Source: Octopus vulgaris
Taxonomy: Eukaryota
Assembly (NCBI GenBank): GCA_951406725.2
Contig: OX597820.1
Span: forward strand, 11,284,001-11,348,000
Direction: 5' to 3'
DNA: 64,000 nucleotides
The translations under genes and the position numbers were made by a program. The notes beneath the pieces are model-generated. The model did no database searches. It saw nothing but the letters and a program-made list of their open reading frames with translations, and had not been told where the DNA came from. Below, one piece after another: positions 27,159 to 40,322 of this stretch. Position 1 is the first letter of the stretch. Every line of letters starts with the position of its first letter.

Positions 27159-28650
27159 CGAGGTCTGTAAATAAAATTATGAGACTTTTTCGGTAAGTAT
27201 TTTTATCTATAATTAAATTACAAATCAACTCTGTCTCTTTCAAAATAGTTCCCTTGGAAAGCCACACAGCACCCACGTCTCGTTTCCCCTCTTCACAACA
27301 GTGATAGAACCCAGTATCCGGAATGGCCTTAAACTAGTCAGTTATAGCCCTTATTTTAAAGTTCTCCAACGTGCCAAAAGGATGAGGTGAATTTTCATTG
27401 TCGGGAAGACAAAGAAGTCACAGAGACTCAGATCAGGCGAATACGGGGGCTGGGGGAACAATAGGGATGTTTTTTCCCTGTCAAAAACTTTGTAATCGAA
27501 AGCGCCGCGTGACAAGGCACGTTGTTGTGATGCAGCATCCAGGTACCTTTGATAGCTGGAGGGCGGCCGACCTGGCAGAATCGTTAGCACGCCGGGCGAA
27601 ATGCTTAGCGGTATTTCATCTGCCGTTACGTTCTGAGTTCAAATTCCACCGAGGTCGACTTTACCTTTCATCCTTTCGTGGTGGATAAATTAAGTATTAG
27701 TTACGCACTGGTCTGTCCTTGTTTGTCCCCTCTATGTACCAGTTACGCACTGGAGTCGATATAATCGACTTAATCCGTTTGTCTGTCCTTCTTTGTCTCC
27801 TCTGTGTTTAGCCTCTTGTGGGTAGTAAACAAATAGGTATTTCGTCTGCCGCTACGTTCTGAGTTCAAATTCCGCCGAGGTCAACTTTGCTTCTTATTCT
27901 TTCAGGGTCGATAAATTAAGTACCAGTTGCGCACTGGGATCGATATAATCGACTTAATCCGTTCGTCTGTCCTTGTTTGTCCCTTCTGTGTTTAGCCCCT
28001 TGTGGGTAGTAAAGAAATAGAAGTAGGTATTTCGTCTGCCACTACGTTCTGAGTTCAAATTCCGCCGAGGTCGACTTTGCCTTTCATCTTTTCGGGTCGA
28101 TTAAATAAGTACCAGTTACGCACTGGGGATCGATATAATCGACTTAATCCGTTTGTCTGTCCTTGTTTGTCCCGTCTATGTTTAGCCCCTTGTGGGTAGT
28201 AAAGAAATAGGTATCTTTGATATCTGGCCTCACGCGAGCAACCTGTTGTCGCAGTCTCTCAAAAACCTCACGGTAAAAAAAACACCTGATTCTTCGTCTG
28301 TCCTTGAGACACGATTCCATTGCTGTCAAAAAATGCAAACAAGCATGGTTTTGATTTTTTGCTCATTCTCCATTTTTTTTCAGCCGTGGTGTGTTTCCAG
28401 CGTGCTATTCCAGATCTTTGCGTTTTGTTTCTTGATCGACTCAGAAATTCATGATTTAATCACTCGTAATGGCGTTTGGGAGAAAATCTGGGTCGTTTTC
28501 AATCCGTTCCAGGAGGTAACAGCATACTTCCTTCTTGTAGTCTTTTTACACAGGAGTGAGATTTTGGGGAACATGTTTCACAGAAATTTTCTTCATTTCC
28601 AATTCGTTGGCCAAACTTTGATGAACGGTAACGTGGCTGAAATTCAGCTT
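27159..28650 (-). mobile_element. Decayed mariner transposon split by a SINE B multimer
   Basis: PQPPYSPDLSLCDFFVFPTMK at 27390-27480; FYREVFERLRQQVARVRPDI at 28215-28290; TIR-like cgaggtctgtaaataaaattatgagact at 27159. Confidence 0.8.
27560..28208 (+). mobile_element. SINE family B trimer with 19-bp TSD
   Basis: Head plus three units; TSD aggtacctttgatagctgg (27541-27559) / aggtatctttgatatctgg (28209-28227). Confidence 0.9.
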
Positions 28651-28949
28651 CTCTGCACTCACAACATAGAGACGGATGAAATTCCGCTAGGCATTTTGTC
28701 CGGCATGCTAACGATTTTTGCCTACTCACCACGCTCATTATTATTTCTAATATTGGTTTCAAATTCTAGCACAAAGCCAGCAATCTCAGGGAAAGGAGTA
28801 AGTCGATCACATCGGCCCCAGTGCTCCACTGGTACTTATTTTATCAACTCCGAAAGATGGAAGGCAACACTGACTTCGGCAATATTTGAACTTACAACGA
28901 AAGACGGACGAAATGCCGCTAGGCATTTTGCATGGCGTGTTAACAATTT

Positions 28950-29897
28950 TTTTCTACTTTAGGCACAAGGCCGCAAATTTTTGGGGAGGGAGGGCAGTCG
29001 ATTAAATCGAACCCCAGTACGCAACTGGTACTTAATATATCGACCCTGAAAGAATAAGAAGCAAAGTCGACCGACCTCGGTGGAATTTGAACTTAGAACG
29101 TAGCACCAGACGAAATACTTATTTCTTTACAACCCACAAGAGGCTAAACACAGAGGAGACAAACAAGGACAGACAAACGGATTAAGTCGATTGTATCGAT
29201 CCCAGTGCGTAACTGGTACTTATTTAATCGACCCCGAAAGGATGAAAAGCAAAGTCGACATCGTCGGAATTTGAACTCAGAACGTAACGGCAGACGAAAT
29301 ACTTATTTCTTTACTACCCACAAGAGGCTAAACACAGAGGAGACAAACAAGGACAGACAAACGGATTAAGTCGAGTATATCGACCCCAGTGCGCAACTGG
29401 TACTTACTTAATCGACCCCGAAAGGATGAAAGGCGAAGTCGACATCGTCGGAATTTGAACTCAGAACGTAACGGCAGACGAAATACCTATTTCTTTACTA
29501 CCCACAAGGGGCTAAACACAGAGAGGACAAACAAGGACAGACAAACGGATTAAGTCGATTATATCGATCCCAGTGCGTAACTGGTACTTATTTAATCGAC
29601 CCCGAAAGGATGAAAGGCAAAGTCGACATCGTCGGAATTTGAACTCAGAACGTAACGGCAGACGAAATACCTATTTCTTTACTACCCACAAGGGGCTAAA
29701 CACAGAGAGGACAAACAAGGACAGACAAACGGATTAAGTCGATGATATCGACCCCAGTGCATAACTGGTACTTAATTTATTGACCGCGAAAGGAAGGATG
29801 AAAGGCAAAGTCGACCTCGGCGTAATTTGAACTCAGAACGTAGCGGCAGACGAAATACCGCTAAGCATTTTGCCCGGCGTGCTAACGATTCTGCCAT
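28950..29897 (-). mobile_element. SINE family B pentamer
   Basis: Head at 29897, cores spaced 184 bp (29281, 29465, 29649), last core ends with the alternative tail ggccttgtgcctaaagtagaaaa; older monomers at 28660-28945. Confidence 0.92.
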
Positions 29898-30870
29898 CCC
29901 TCATTAAACACAGTAAATGTGTTAATGAAATAGAAACGGAAGACGTTATTCTATTCATTCACAAGGATATAAAGAATATGTGTTTCTCTATATTAATATT
30001 CAATTCATTGAGCATAAAGAATAGTTGTTTTATTATCTGCTCATAAATCACTTTATAGGTTACTAAATTATATAAAAGTACACCGATATATATTGATGCA
30101 AGTATGAATTTAGTAACACTTATTAGTTGTGAAAATGAGTGCGAACTTATGTGAGTGTGTGATAAGACATGTTAAGAGACAAAGAGTGCGAAGTTGTGTG
30201 AGTGTAAGGTGTGTGAGAGTGGAGTTGTGCGAGTGTGGAGTGTGCTATGAAATATGTTTAGAGACAAGAAATAAATGGCAAATAATTTCCAGTCGAGAGA
30301 CTGTTATGATGGTCGTATATTTTGTAAATTCGCGAAATATCACGAAATTATTATTGATCTTGTAACCAGACCAATTATTTCTTCCATCTGTGATTTTCGT
30401 GCGTTAATATCTCTTGTTGTTGTTGGTGTTGGTGTTGTTGGTGTTGGTGTTGGTGTTGTTGTTGATGGTGGTGATGGAGTAATGTTAAGTATCAGGCTAG
30501 CAGCTCTAATTATGAAGATCTATGATCAAAGGTGTTACAGCTGTGATTATCATGTCTTTTTATTCGGTCGCAGTGTATGAAGGACTACACCATCCGATGT
30601 GCCCCCTTCAACGTTTAAGACGGTAGGGTGTGTTTCCATTGAGATTAGGCTTCTGTTTCTAGCATGTCGAACGATAACATAAGGGGTTTTCGTGACGTAT
30701 ATGACGTTTTGTCTCAGACGTTTTGGCGCCATTGATTCGAAGGTGACTTATTTAACAAGCAGACATTTTATCGTTTCCCTCGTTTTAATATCCCACCCAC
30801 TCCCCACTTTAAGGAGGCGAAATTGTTGGCTTTGAGCCAAAATTTAAAAATCAATATTTTCCTCCTTTTA

Positions 30871-31060
30871 AGGCGGCGAAATGGCAGAATACTTAACGGC
30901 ATTTCGTTCGTCTACAAGTTCTGAGATCAAATTCCGTTGAGCTCGACTTTGTCTTCCATCGTTGCGGGGTCGATAAAATAAGTACCAGTTGAGTACTGGG
31001 GTCGATGTAGTCAACTTAGCCTCTTCCTCGAAACTGCTGGCCTTGTGCTAAAATTCCAAA
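30871..31060 (+). mobile_element. SINE family B monomer
   Basis: ggcggcgaaatggcagaa...gtcgataaaataagtaccagttgagtactggggtcgat...ggccttgtgctaaaatt. Confidence 0.8.
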
Positions 31061-31099
31061 CTAATATTTACCTCTGTGGAGGGGAGGGGGGAATTTATG

Positions 31100-31134
<35 letters not shown>

Positions 31135-31211
31135 ATTTCTCTTTATGTGTCTAAGAGGAGGGAACGTATTCATAGCAATCACATTTAATTAACGAATTGT
31201 AGTTTCTTATC

Positions 31212-31430
31212 GTTCTCTCTCTCTTTTCCCTCATCTTCTCTTTACCCCTTCTCTCTTTCTCTCTCTCTCTCCTCCCACCTCTCTTTGTCCTCCACCTCTC
31301 TCTCTCTCCTCCCACCTCTCTTTGTCCACCACCTCTCTCTCTCCTCCTACCGCTGTCTCCTCTCCTTATCTCTACCTCCTTATCTCGCACCTCTCTCTCT
31401 CCTTCTACCTCTCACTTATCCCCCCTCTTT
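31212..31430. repeat. Polypyrimidine (CT-rich) low-complexity tract
   Basis: Almost purely C/T with repeated cctcccacctctctttgtcc. Confidence 0.85.
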
Positions 31431-32081
31431 TTATATATGAGCATCTAGCTCCATCAGTTTCATCAGTGCATGTGTAATGCCCCTCTCTCTCCCCTCCCAC
31501 CTCTTCTGTTTATGTGTGTAAGCATATTTCTCTGTAACTATATGAGGAGAGGAAAAGTGTTTATGTCAATGGTGTTGAATCAATAAACTTTACTTTCTTT
31601 CTCCTTTCTCTCCATCTCTCTATCTCTCTATCTCTTCCTCTCTCACACACACTCCCCTTTTCTGAACATGTATATCCCTGCGCGCATTGTATATACATAT
31701 GCGTGTATCTGTCGTATCAATGTGTTTATCTCCAGCGCCAAAATCTATCACCAAAACAAATTTCTCGTCCAATCAGCCACGCCAAATCTCCAGTGTCCAT
31801 ACTGCTGCGCCCAATCGATTCATTGCTCTCGTCATGCAACCATACAATATTTCTACTAATATCTGTGTCACACAATCTGATTAAAATAACACTTAATAGT
31901 CACAACCAGTGTTAATTCTTCTCAATATTAACTGAGTAACAGCCAAATGCCTATTTTATTAGTAGTCTTCCTGATTATCAAAAAATGCTGCCTCTTTCCA
32001 GTGACAAAATAATTCTTTATTATTTTGTCCTCCTTTATTTAGCCTATGTTTCTGTCTTTTATACACAAAAAAACTGTGTGG

Positions 32082-32376
32082 AGCAGGTATGCCGGTGTGG
32101 TTAAGAAAATCGCTTTGCTACATCGTGGTTTTGGGTTCAGTCCTACTGAATAGCACCCGGGACAGGTGTCCTCAATTCTAGCCCCAGGTTAAGACTGATT
32201 AAAGCCTTGTTAAAGAACTGGTAGACGGAAACTGTGTGAAACTCATTCATACAAACATACAAACATATATACATACATACATATATACATATATACGACG
32301 ATGTTGTATATATATACATAAGCGATGTTGGGGGGACAAACACAGACACACAAACATATACACACAAACACACAAG

Positions 32377-32411
<35 letters not shown>

Positions 32412-33065
32412 GTGTGTGTGTGTAAATATATATACGACGAGCTTCTTTCAGTTTCCGTCTACCAAATGCACACACAAGGCTTTGGTCGGCCCGAGGCTAT
32501 AGTAGAAGACACTTGCCCAAGGTACAACGCAGTGGGACTAAACCCAGAACCATGTTGTTTGTAAGCACAGCTTACACACAGCTACCCCTGCACCTATATA
32601 TGTATATGTATATGTTTGTGTGTCTGTGTTTGGCCACCCCCCATCGTTTGACAACCGATGCTGGTGTGTTTACGTGCCCGTGACTTAACGGTTCAGCAAA
32701 AGAGACCGATAGAATAAGTACTAGGCTTAAAAAGAATAAGTCCTGGGGTTGGTGTGCTCGACTAAAAGGCGGTGCTCCAGCATGGCCACAGTCAAATGAC
32801 TGAAACAAGTAAAAGAGTATGTGTGTGTAGTTATAAATTTATGTATGTGTATCTTTACGTTCATATTTGGCCCTTGCCATCGCTTGGAAAACGGTGTTAG
32901 TTTGTTTACGCCTCCGCAACATAGCTATTTGGCAGAAGAGAACGATAAAATAATACTACCAAACATTTAAAAAATTAGGAACTGGTATCGATTTGTTCGA
33001 CGAAACCCTCGAAAGCGCTGCTCCAGCATGACAGCAGTCATGTGCTTGAAACAACCGAAAGATGA
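32082..33065. mobile_element. Nested SINE family A cluster
   Basis: + head 32082-32245, - copy 32320-32595, + tails 32612-32818 and 32870-33065. Confidence 0.8.
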
Positions 33066-33564
33066 AAGAAAAGCAAAGATTCTAAAAGGTCCAGAATAAA
33101 ACAGAATAATCTTATAAAAGATTATCAGAATATAATGCAACAACAAAAAAAAAAACAAGAATAGTAAACGTTTGGGCTTAGCTGCAAAGACATGAAACAC
33201 AAATGAAATTACTCAGCTGCATGATCTGATTATAAGGCTTTTGATGAAGTAAAGATTATTGGTGCTGCCTTTAGAAATGAGCTAATCATTAATTTTAGTA
33301 AGGTTTTATGAGAAAACATCTCCCAAAATTATGTAGCGAAAAGAAACCCAGTCAATGCGATATATTATCAATATATCCATCTTTTTTTTTTATGAAGTAT
33401 TCTACGTGGTATATCTTATACTAATGGTACTAACATACTGAGTTATTTTGGAGCCACGAGCACAGTTATTCGATTCAGCTTTTATGCAACTTAAGGGTTT
33501 CTTCTATATAAATTTACAGCCCAACGTCATTACTCTTCTGTGTATCATTCTATGTATCCTACGA

Positions 33565-33611
<47 letters not shown>

Positions 33612-33768
33612 ATATATGTGTCAAATTATAATTTAGGTTAACTGAGAGATACCACCACGCTGAAATAGCAGTCAAAACCTGACTCTAAAGCCACATTAAA
33701 TGTTCATATAGCACTAGGAGAGAAGACAGAGAGACAAAATAAACTAGCAAAAAAAATTTTACTAGATA

Positions 33769-33827
33769 ATTCCAGATCCTGGATTTCTGGCTCTGCATAA
33801 GAAATGCTCTGCCTTCATCAGTGGAAT
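33769..33827 (-). ncRNA. Type I hammerhead ribozyme motif
   Basis: - strand AUUCCA CUGAUGA A GGC-agagcauuucuuaugcaga-GCC A GAAA UCC A GGA UC^ UGGAAU: stem I 6 bp, intact core, cleavage triplet AUC. Confidence 0.75.
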
Positions 33828-34016
33828 ATACTCAGATAGCACATAAATACAAATAGATATATACAACACACGATATACTTACATATACGAACGTCTATAC
33901 ATACATATATATGCACGTATGTACACGACCAGTTTAAATTGCCCGTCTAACAGCTCCTCGTGCGATATAGTCAGAATAAACACTGATATATAGATATAGA
34001 TAGATAGATAGATAGT

Positions 34017-34069
<53 letters not shown>

Positions 34070-34073
<4 letters not shown>

Positions 34074-34190
34074 GGAATTTGCAGAAAAACAAAGGACGAA
34101 GACAGGTGTGTAAATAAGAAGCAGATGTATTAGTTTGACGCTCGGGAAGGTGAGAAACTCTTTTACGTTTCGAGCCTACGCTCTTTCAAC
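34070..34190 (-). mobile_element. Family H1 element (partial)
   Basis: cttttacgtttcgagcctacgctct between (TA)n and (GT)n. Confidence 0.7.
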
Positions 34191-35204
34191 GTGTGTGTGT
34201 ATGGTTGAGAGGCCAATAACTGTGCTATTTGTCTTGATTTAATATCTCTTGTGGATGCGTTGTGTTAAACCACAATAAATATCAGAAGATGATGATCAGC
34301 GGCTACCGAGAACGCCAGATATGTTTCCGCTTTTTTGAGCCCTTTCTACGGTGCGCACTCGCAAGCAACCACGTGGTCGAACGAGAATTCGGCGCTTCTG
34401 ATATAGAAAAAGTGAATAAAATATTCTCTGATATTGTGAATAGCCTTTCAGCTCCCTCTGATAATTACTATTTTTTACATGGTACGTCCATAAGCGATGT
34501 TATCTCAGGACAAATACCTCAGTAACTGGCCTGTCGACGATGTACATGCATTAAGTATGATACATACATGGGTGGCTATTTTAATTTAATACTGTCTCAA
34601 TTGTGTTATGTCGGACTCTGCTACATAATCTGCATTCAAAGCTATTACTCTTCCATTCAATTTATCTTTTAAACTATTAACTGTTTGAACTTTAGTTTAA
34701 ACATAATAAAGATTTTGCTTTATGGTTTGAAATAGACTCGCAGTGTTTTCATACGTTCAAACTACACTATGTTACGCCTAAGTTAAATGACAAATACAAA
34801 CAAGCCTTTGATCTCCTTTTCATCCAACTGCTTGTTGTTATTGATGTAGTGGACCACGGAAGATAAACAGAACATTCATATAGGAATTAAAACGATTTGA
34901 AAACTATTTGTACAAGATGGTCAATTTCTTTTGAAAAATAAGGAGGTAAGGAATATGATCCTCTAGTAATTAAAATCGATAAATCATTCTTATCAGATCA
35001 GTCATAAATTTCATGTCATTCTTAAATGATATATTACCAATCAATATATCGATAACTTTAATATACTGATGCCTGTAAGTAAAAGTTTCAAGTGCAGTTA
35101 TTTCAAAAAGACTTGAATAACTTCTAAGTTTGTTCTCATCAATTAAGATCACTTTTGAATGTGGAAAAACGTAAAGTATATTTTTGGTGAAGTATGCTCT
35201 TCAT

Positions 35205-35500
35205 AAGAAAACAGCACAGCTCCCATGACTTCAGGAAACATTTTTTCACGCTGAGAGTTGCTGAAGCGTGGAACAAACTGCCGGCATCGGTTGTTAGTTG
35301 TCGGAGCACTGCATCCTTCAAGACTTCCATGCTTCCTGAGATTCGCCAACACTACACTTGATTTTCTCCCTCCATACACACACAAGCATGTTCACTTTCC
35401 AGACATTTCTACATTACTGCATGTACTTTATATGCACTTTCTGACAAGTTGTGGTGCACCTGAGCACTGTATACAATAATTTCATTATTATTATTATTAT
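35205..35500 (+). mobile_element. CR1/L2-type LINE 3' end
   Basis: HDFRKHFFTLRVAEAWNKLPASVVSCRSTASFK, 3' UTR and (att)n tail. Confidence 0.8.
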
Positions 35501-35737
35501 AACCATGTACTGTAGTATTCTTTATTTAACGTATATTTCCTTTGTACACAACACTAGTGCATGTACATGGCTGTGTTAAGTTCGTGGTTCCAGGTTCGCA
35601 GCATCTTGAGCAAGAGTCTTTCTGCTACAGTCTCGGTCACTCTAATAGTTCGTGAGTGAATTTAGTACATGAAAATTGTGTGGAAGCCCTTCGGATATCT
35701 ATCTATCTATCCATCCATCCATCAATCTATCTGAATG

Positions 35738-36190
<453 letters not shown>

Positions 36191-36419
36191 TAAATAGATT
36201 GTCTGTATGTGTGTGTGTTTGTGACCCACCTTGAGAACGAGTGTAGGTTTATTTTCATATATGTATACGTATATACATATACACAAATACATAGATACAT
36301 ATTTACACCAATACATACATTCATATATATATATATGTGTACCTGTATGTATGTATGTATATATATATATATATATATATATACACAAACATACACATAT
36401 GTATGTAATTATATATCTA

Positions 36420-37270
36420 ATAATATCAGAGACCTAGGAGTGATTGTAAACAACAATCTCAGCTGGAGTGCCCACATCAACAATAAAGTCGATATAGCTC
36501 ACAGGATGAGCTCCTGGGTCCTCAGAACATTCAGGTCCAGAGAGTATGATGTCATCATTCTCCTCTTTTCCCCTTTTGTACGATCATACGTAGAATACTT
36601 CTGATTTCTGTGGTCTCACCAGACAAAATAAAGCATTACAGGAATTATGTCACCCCCCCCCACCAGAGAGCATCCCCTAAAGAAATTGAAGATATGACCG
36701 TTCTTGTTTATTGGGACCTCCTTTAAACATTGAAACCTTCTTCTCTCCAGCGCGGCCGTGAGCGTTACATCATTTTCACAGTGTGGAGAATGATACCACC
36801 AGCATTGCCCAAACCACTGTAAACATTTGATTCAGAAATCATCCAAGGCTAGGGCTACGGGCCATATGTTCCCTACACAATTCAGGATCACAACATATAA
36901 ATTCACTGCTACACACTTTCTTTTATGCAACAGGCCATGCTGTATTTGATATTATCCCAAAACAATTCAAAGAAAAAGATTTCATCACCTGCAAACGAAT
37001 CCTGGACAATTGTTTGCGAGGTATGCCAGATAAGCTATCCCTAACTGGATATACCTTAGTCAACAACTCCCTACATGAATGGGTCATGATGTCACAAAAT
37101 TTGACATGAAAATAACTTAGCAGATCATATCAGGTGGTCGTCTGGTGCCATTGCATCTTTGGATGCATCATGCGTCATTGCTTCTGAGGGTTCTACTTAA
37201 GGGCTTAGTTGGCAAGTCTGGTCATACATTAGACATGGCCTAGGCCATACTTTGGCTGAAACATAACTAA
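36420..37270 (+). mobile_element. Decayed CR1-type LINE ORF2 3' part
   Basis: IRDLGVIVNNNLSWSAHINNKV...VLRTFRSR...FVRSYVEY then SLQRGRERY; stops and frameshifts. Confidence 0.8.
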
Positions 37271-37349
37271 GTTTTCAGTGGTCGTGTGGTAGGAAGCTTG
37301 CTTCCGAAATACATGGCCCCGGTTTCCGCCTCACTGCGTGGAACCTTGC

Positions 37350-38112
37350 GTAAATGTATTCAATAAAATTGCCATTCGCTTCTACCACGGTCTCGAGACG
37401 ACTTCAGACTCTCCTGTTACTCTTGTGGGTGGTCTTCTTGTTTAAGTTGGTAAATGCTGCCATAATCCTTGCCTTCAATTCTTCTTTGCCGTTACAAGGA
37501 GTTTTCTTGGTGTCTCGCTCAACTGCGCCCCACACAAGGGGATTGCAGTCTGGGGAGTTAGGTGGCCAGATGTTAGGGGTGATGTGGTCACAGAAATTGC
37601 CTGACACCCATGACTGGGTTCCCTTGCTTGTGTGACATGGTGCAGACTCCTTTTGCTAGACTTAGGGTGTTCCAACAGCCACCCTCTTCACCTAGCGCAG
37701 TACTACCTCCTCCAGGCACTTGATGTAGGCCGCCGCGTTGAGTCTAAGGCCGTGTGGGAAGATGAATGGAGCCATAACGCCGCCATCATAGTGATCACTC
37801 CAAACAACATGATTTTAACTGGATGTTTGATTTTTATCACTCTCGGTACATGTCCTCAGATTGCACTCTCCTCAGATTAACGCCCAAATACCCTGAAATG
37901 TTCGTATTGGATTTCTGGTGCGAGTGCCAAGCAGTACAGCATGTCGTTTCTAAATTTCTGGTGGAGTGAATTGCCACATTGTGCTCTTTTTCTCATAGAC
38001 GGTGCCCAAATGACCCTACTATGCTGTATAGTCGCCAAAATCCAAAACATACAATGCACATGCGCGGAATCAAAATATATAAGATGGCGACTATTTAGCC
38101 ATCATACCATGT
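37350..38112 (-). mobile_element. Tc1/mariner-superfamily transposon remnant
   Basis: NIWPPNSPDCNPLVWGAVERDT...EELKARIMAAF...SRLETVVEANG. Confidence 0.8.
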
Positions 38113-38596
38113 ATATATATATATATATATATATATATTTTCTTTTTTCTTTTTATTTGTTTCAGTCATTTTGACTGCGGCCATGCTGGAGCACCGCCTT
38201 TGTATATATATATGTACCGCCATGTATATATATATGTATATATATACATACATATATATATATACATATATATATATATTTACATACATATATATGAGTG
38301 ATGGCGATGGAAACTGAGGCCGAACAAAGACAGCAAGACAGAGAGAAGTCTAATAATTTGATATATAGATAAGAATTCCCAGCGTGATAGCCGGGCAGTC
38401 AATAAACGATATTCATAGGTGTCTATCACGCATTGTTAGCTGACTCACAATCACTGTTTTAGAGAAAATGGAGACTGATTGATTTCCTAATTAATGGCAT
38501 CACGTGGAGGAGCCTTATGGTCCCATATATTACGGTATAACGCAGATATACGCACACATACACGAGCATGCGCACACTCACACGTATACACACTCG

Positions 38597-38629
<33 letters not shown>

Positions 38630-38953
38630 ATTTGTGTATTGTGTCTGTCTGTCTGTCTGTCTGTCTGTATGTCTGTATGTATGTATGTATGTATGCATGT
38701 ATGTATGTATGAATGTATGCATTTAACATGTGTCAATATATATAAATATACATACGTTCAATTATGTATACACATGTGTGTTTATATATACGATATATAC
38801 GCGTGTGTGCGTACATATATGTGTATGTGTGTGTGTACGTATATTATATATTATATATATAATATATATAAATATATATATAAATTTATATATATTTATA
38901 TAAATTTATATATATTTATACATACATACATACATATATGTCTGTGTGTGAGG

Positions 38954-38986
<33 letters not shown>

Positions 38987-39305
38987 CAGGGTGTTCGGGC
39001 TAACTTCAACACATTTGCATAAACGTGGAAAAAGTACAAGAATAAAAGTACATTAAAAAATCAAAATAATATCAACTATACTATGGCCGGGGAATAACAG
39101 TTTATCTTTGCAATTTCGGCTGGTTATACGCGAGATTGCTCCAATCTGGCCACCCGCAAGGAAAAACTAAGCTAAGAGCACTATATTCCTTGGAAGAAAG
39201 CAGTGAATGTATGCAAAAACAAGAACAAAAAAAAAACGGAGAAATTGTACAGAAATACGAATGCAAATAACAGGACATTAACAACTTTCGACTAAGGACG
39301 AATTA

Positions 39306-39375
<70 letters not shown>

Positions 39376-39379
<4 letters not shown>

Positions 39380-39593
39380 CCAGTTCGCCATGTTGAATCG
39401 CTAGCTTCTGCACGCATTTTTTTCTCTCCTTGTTTCTCTTCGTGTTTCTTTTCTGTGTATCTTTCTGTTGAAGAGCGTAGGCTCGAAACGTAAAAGACTT
39501 GTTTTATTTATATTCCTGAGCGCCATACTAATACAATTGTTTGTTTGTACTCCACCTGCCTTCGTCTTTTGTTTATTTTCATAAGGCTTCCCG

Positions 39594-39595
<2 letters not shown>
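39376..39595 (+). mobile_element. Family H1 element
   Basis: Between two (TA)n tracts; ctttctgttgaagagcgtaggctcgaaacgtaaaag at ~39461-39496. Confidence 0.8.
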
Positions 39596-39656
<61 letters not shown>

Positions 39657-39658
<2 letters not shown>

Positions 39659-39826
39659 GGTCCCGGGTTGAGTCGGGGTTAACCACAGTAAATAAGGTAC
39701 TCAATACATAGCAGAGTAAATTAATTTATTTTATAGAAGGAGCTTCTACAGGACTAGAACTGTTTCATTAAAAAAAAATGAATGAAACAGTTCTAGTCCT
39801 GTAGAAGCTCCTTCTATAAAATAAAT
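39657..39826. mobile_element. Family H2 inverted-repeat element (hammerhead 3' half only)
   Basis: Arms 39724-39769 / 39781-39826; near-identical to 45643-45830; flanked by (TA)n. Confidence 0.85.
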
Positions 39827-40099
39827 AAATATATATATATATATATATTACTTCAATTATTAACGACTGTTTTTTTTAAGGATTATATAGAGTAAAAATG
39901 TGCAGTTCGTCATGTTTTATCATCTGATCTATTTTCGTGATCTGTGGTGTAATCTAGGGAGCGGCAAAGTGTTTTGAAGTCGGACCTAATGGCAAAGTTT
40001 TTAATGTCATGAAAATTATACCGAATAAAAGAGCGAACCATAATTAAAGAAGGAACGACCTTCCTTATCGTCAACAAGAAGGTCAGAAGAGCAGATTAA

Positions 40100-40322
40100 C
40101 GCCTAGTGTCCTTCATCATCTTGCAAGTGCCGAGCGGGTTGGCAGGGACATGTTATTAGACTCCTGATGACCAGACTTGCCAACTTAAAGGGCAATGGCG
40201 CAGGGTACATCCAAAGATGCAATGGCACCAGACGATCGACAGGGACCTTCAGACTGTAAATCTACGATGAAAACGACGCACTAAGACTGGTGGCTGTGCG
40301 ACCCTACTGGAGCGGAGGCATT
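40100..40322 (+). mobile_element. RTE-like LINE C-terminal relic
   Basis: GQWRRVHPKMQWHQTIDRDL resembles the RTE GRPK.RW...I..DL motif; inverted partial copy at 37135-37225. Confidence 0.55.

Noticed and set aside
28192-28962. 256-aa ORF
   Set aside because: Antisense read-through of mariner and SINE remnants
34250-34530. Possible host exon
   Set aside because: No recognisable domain in any frame and no supportable splice structure; likewise 24520-24900 and 55340-56000
38986-39030. Tc1-like TIR tacagggtgttcgg
   Set aside because: No partner TIR found nearby
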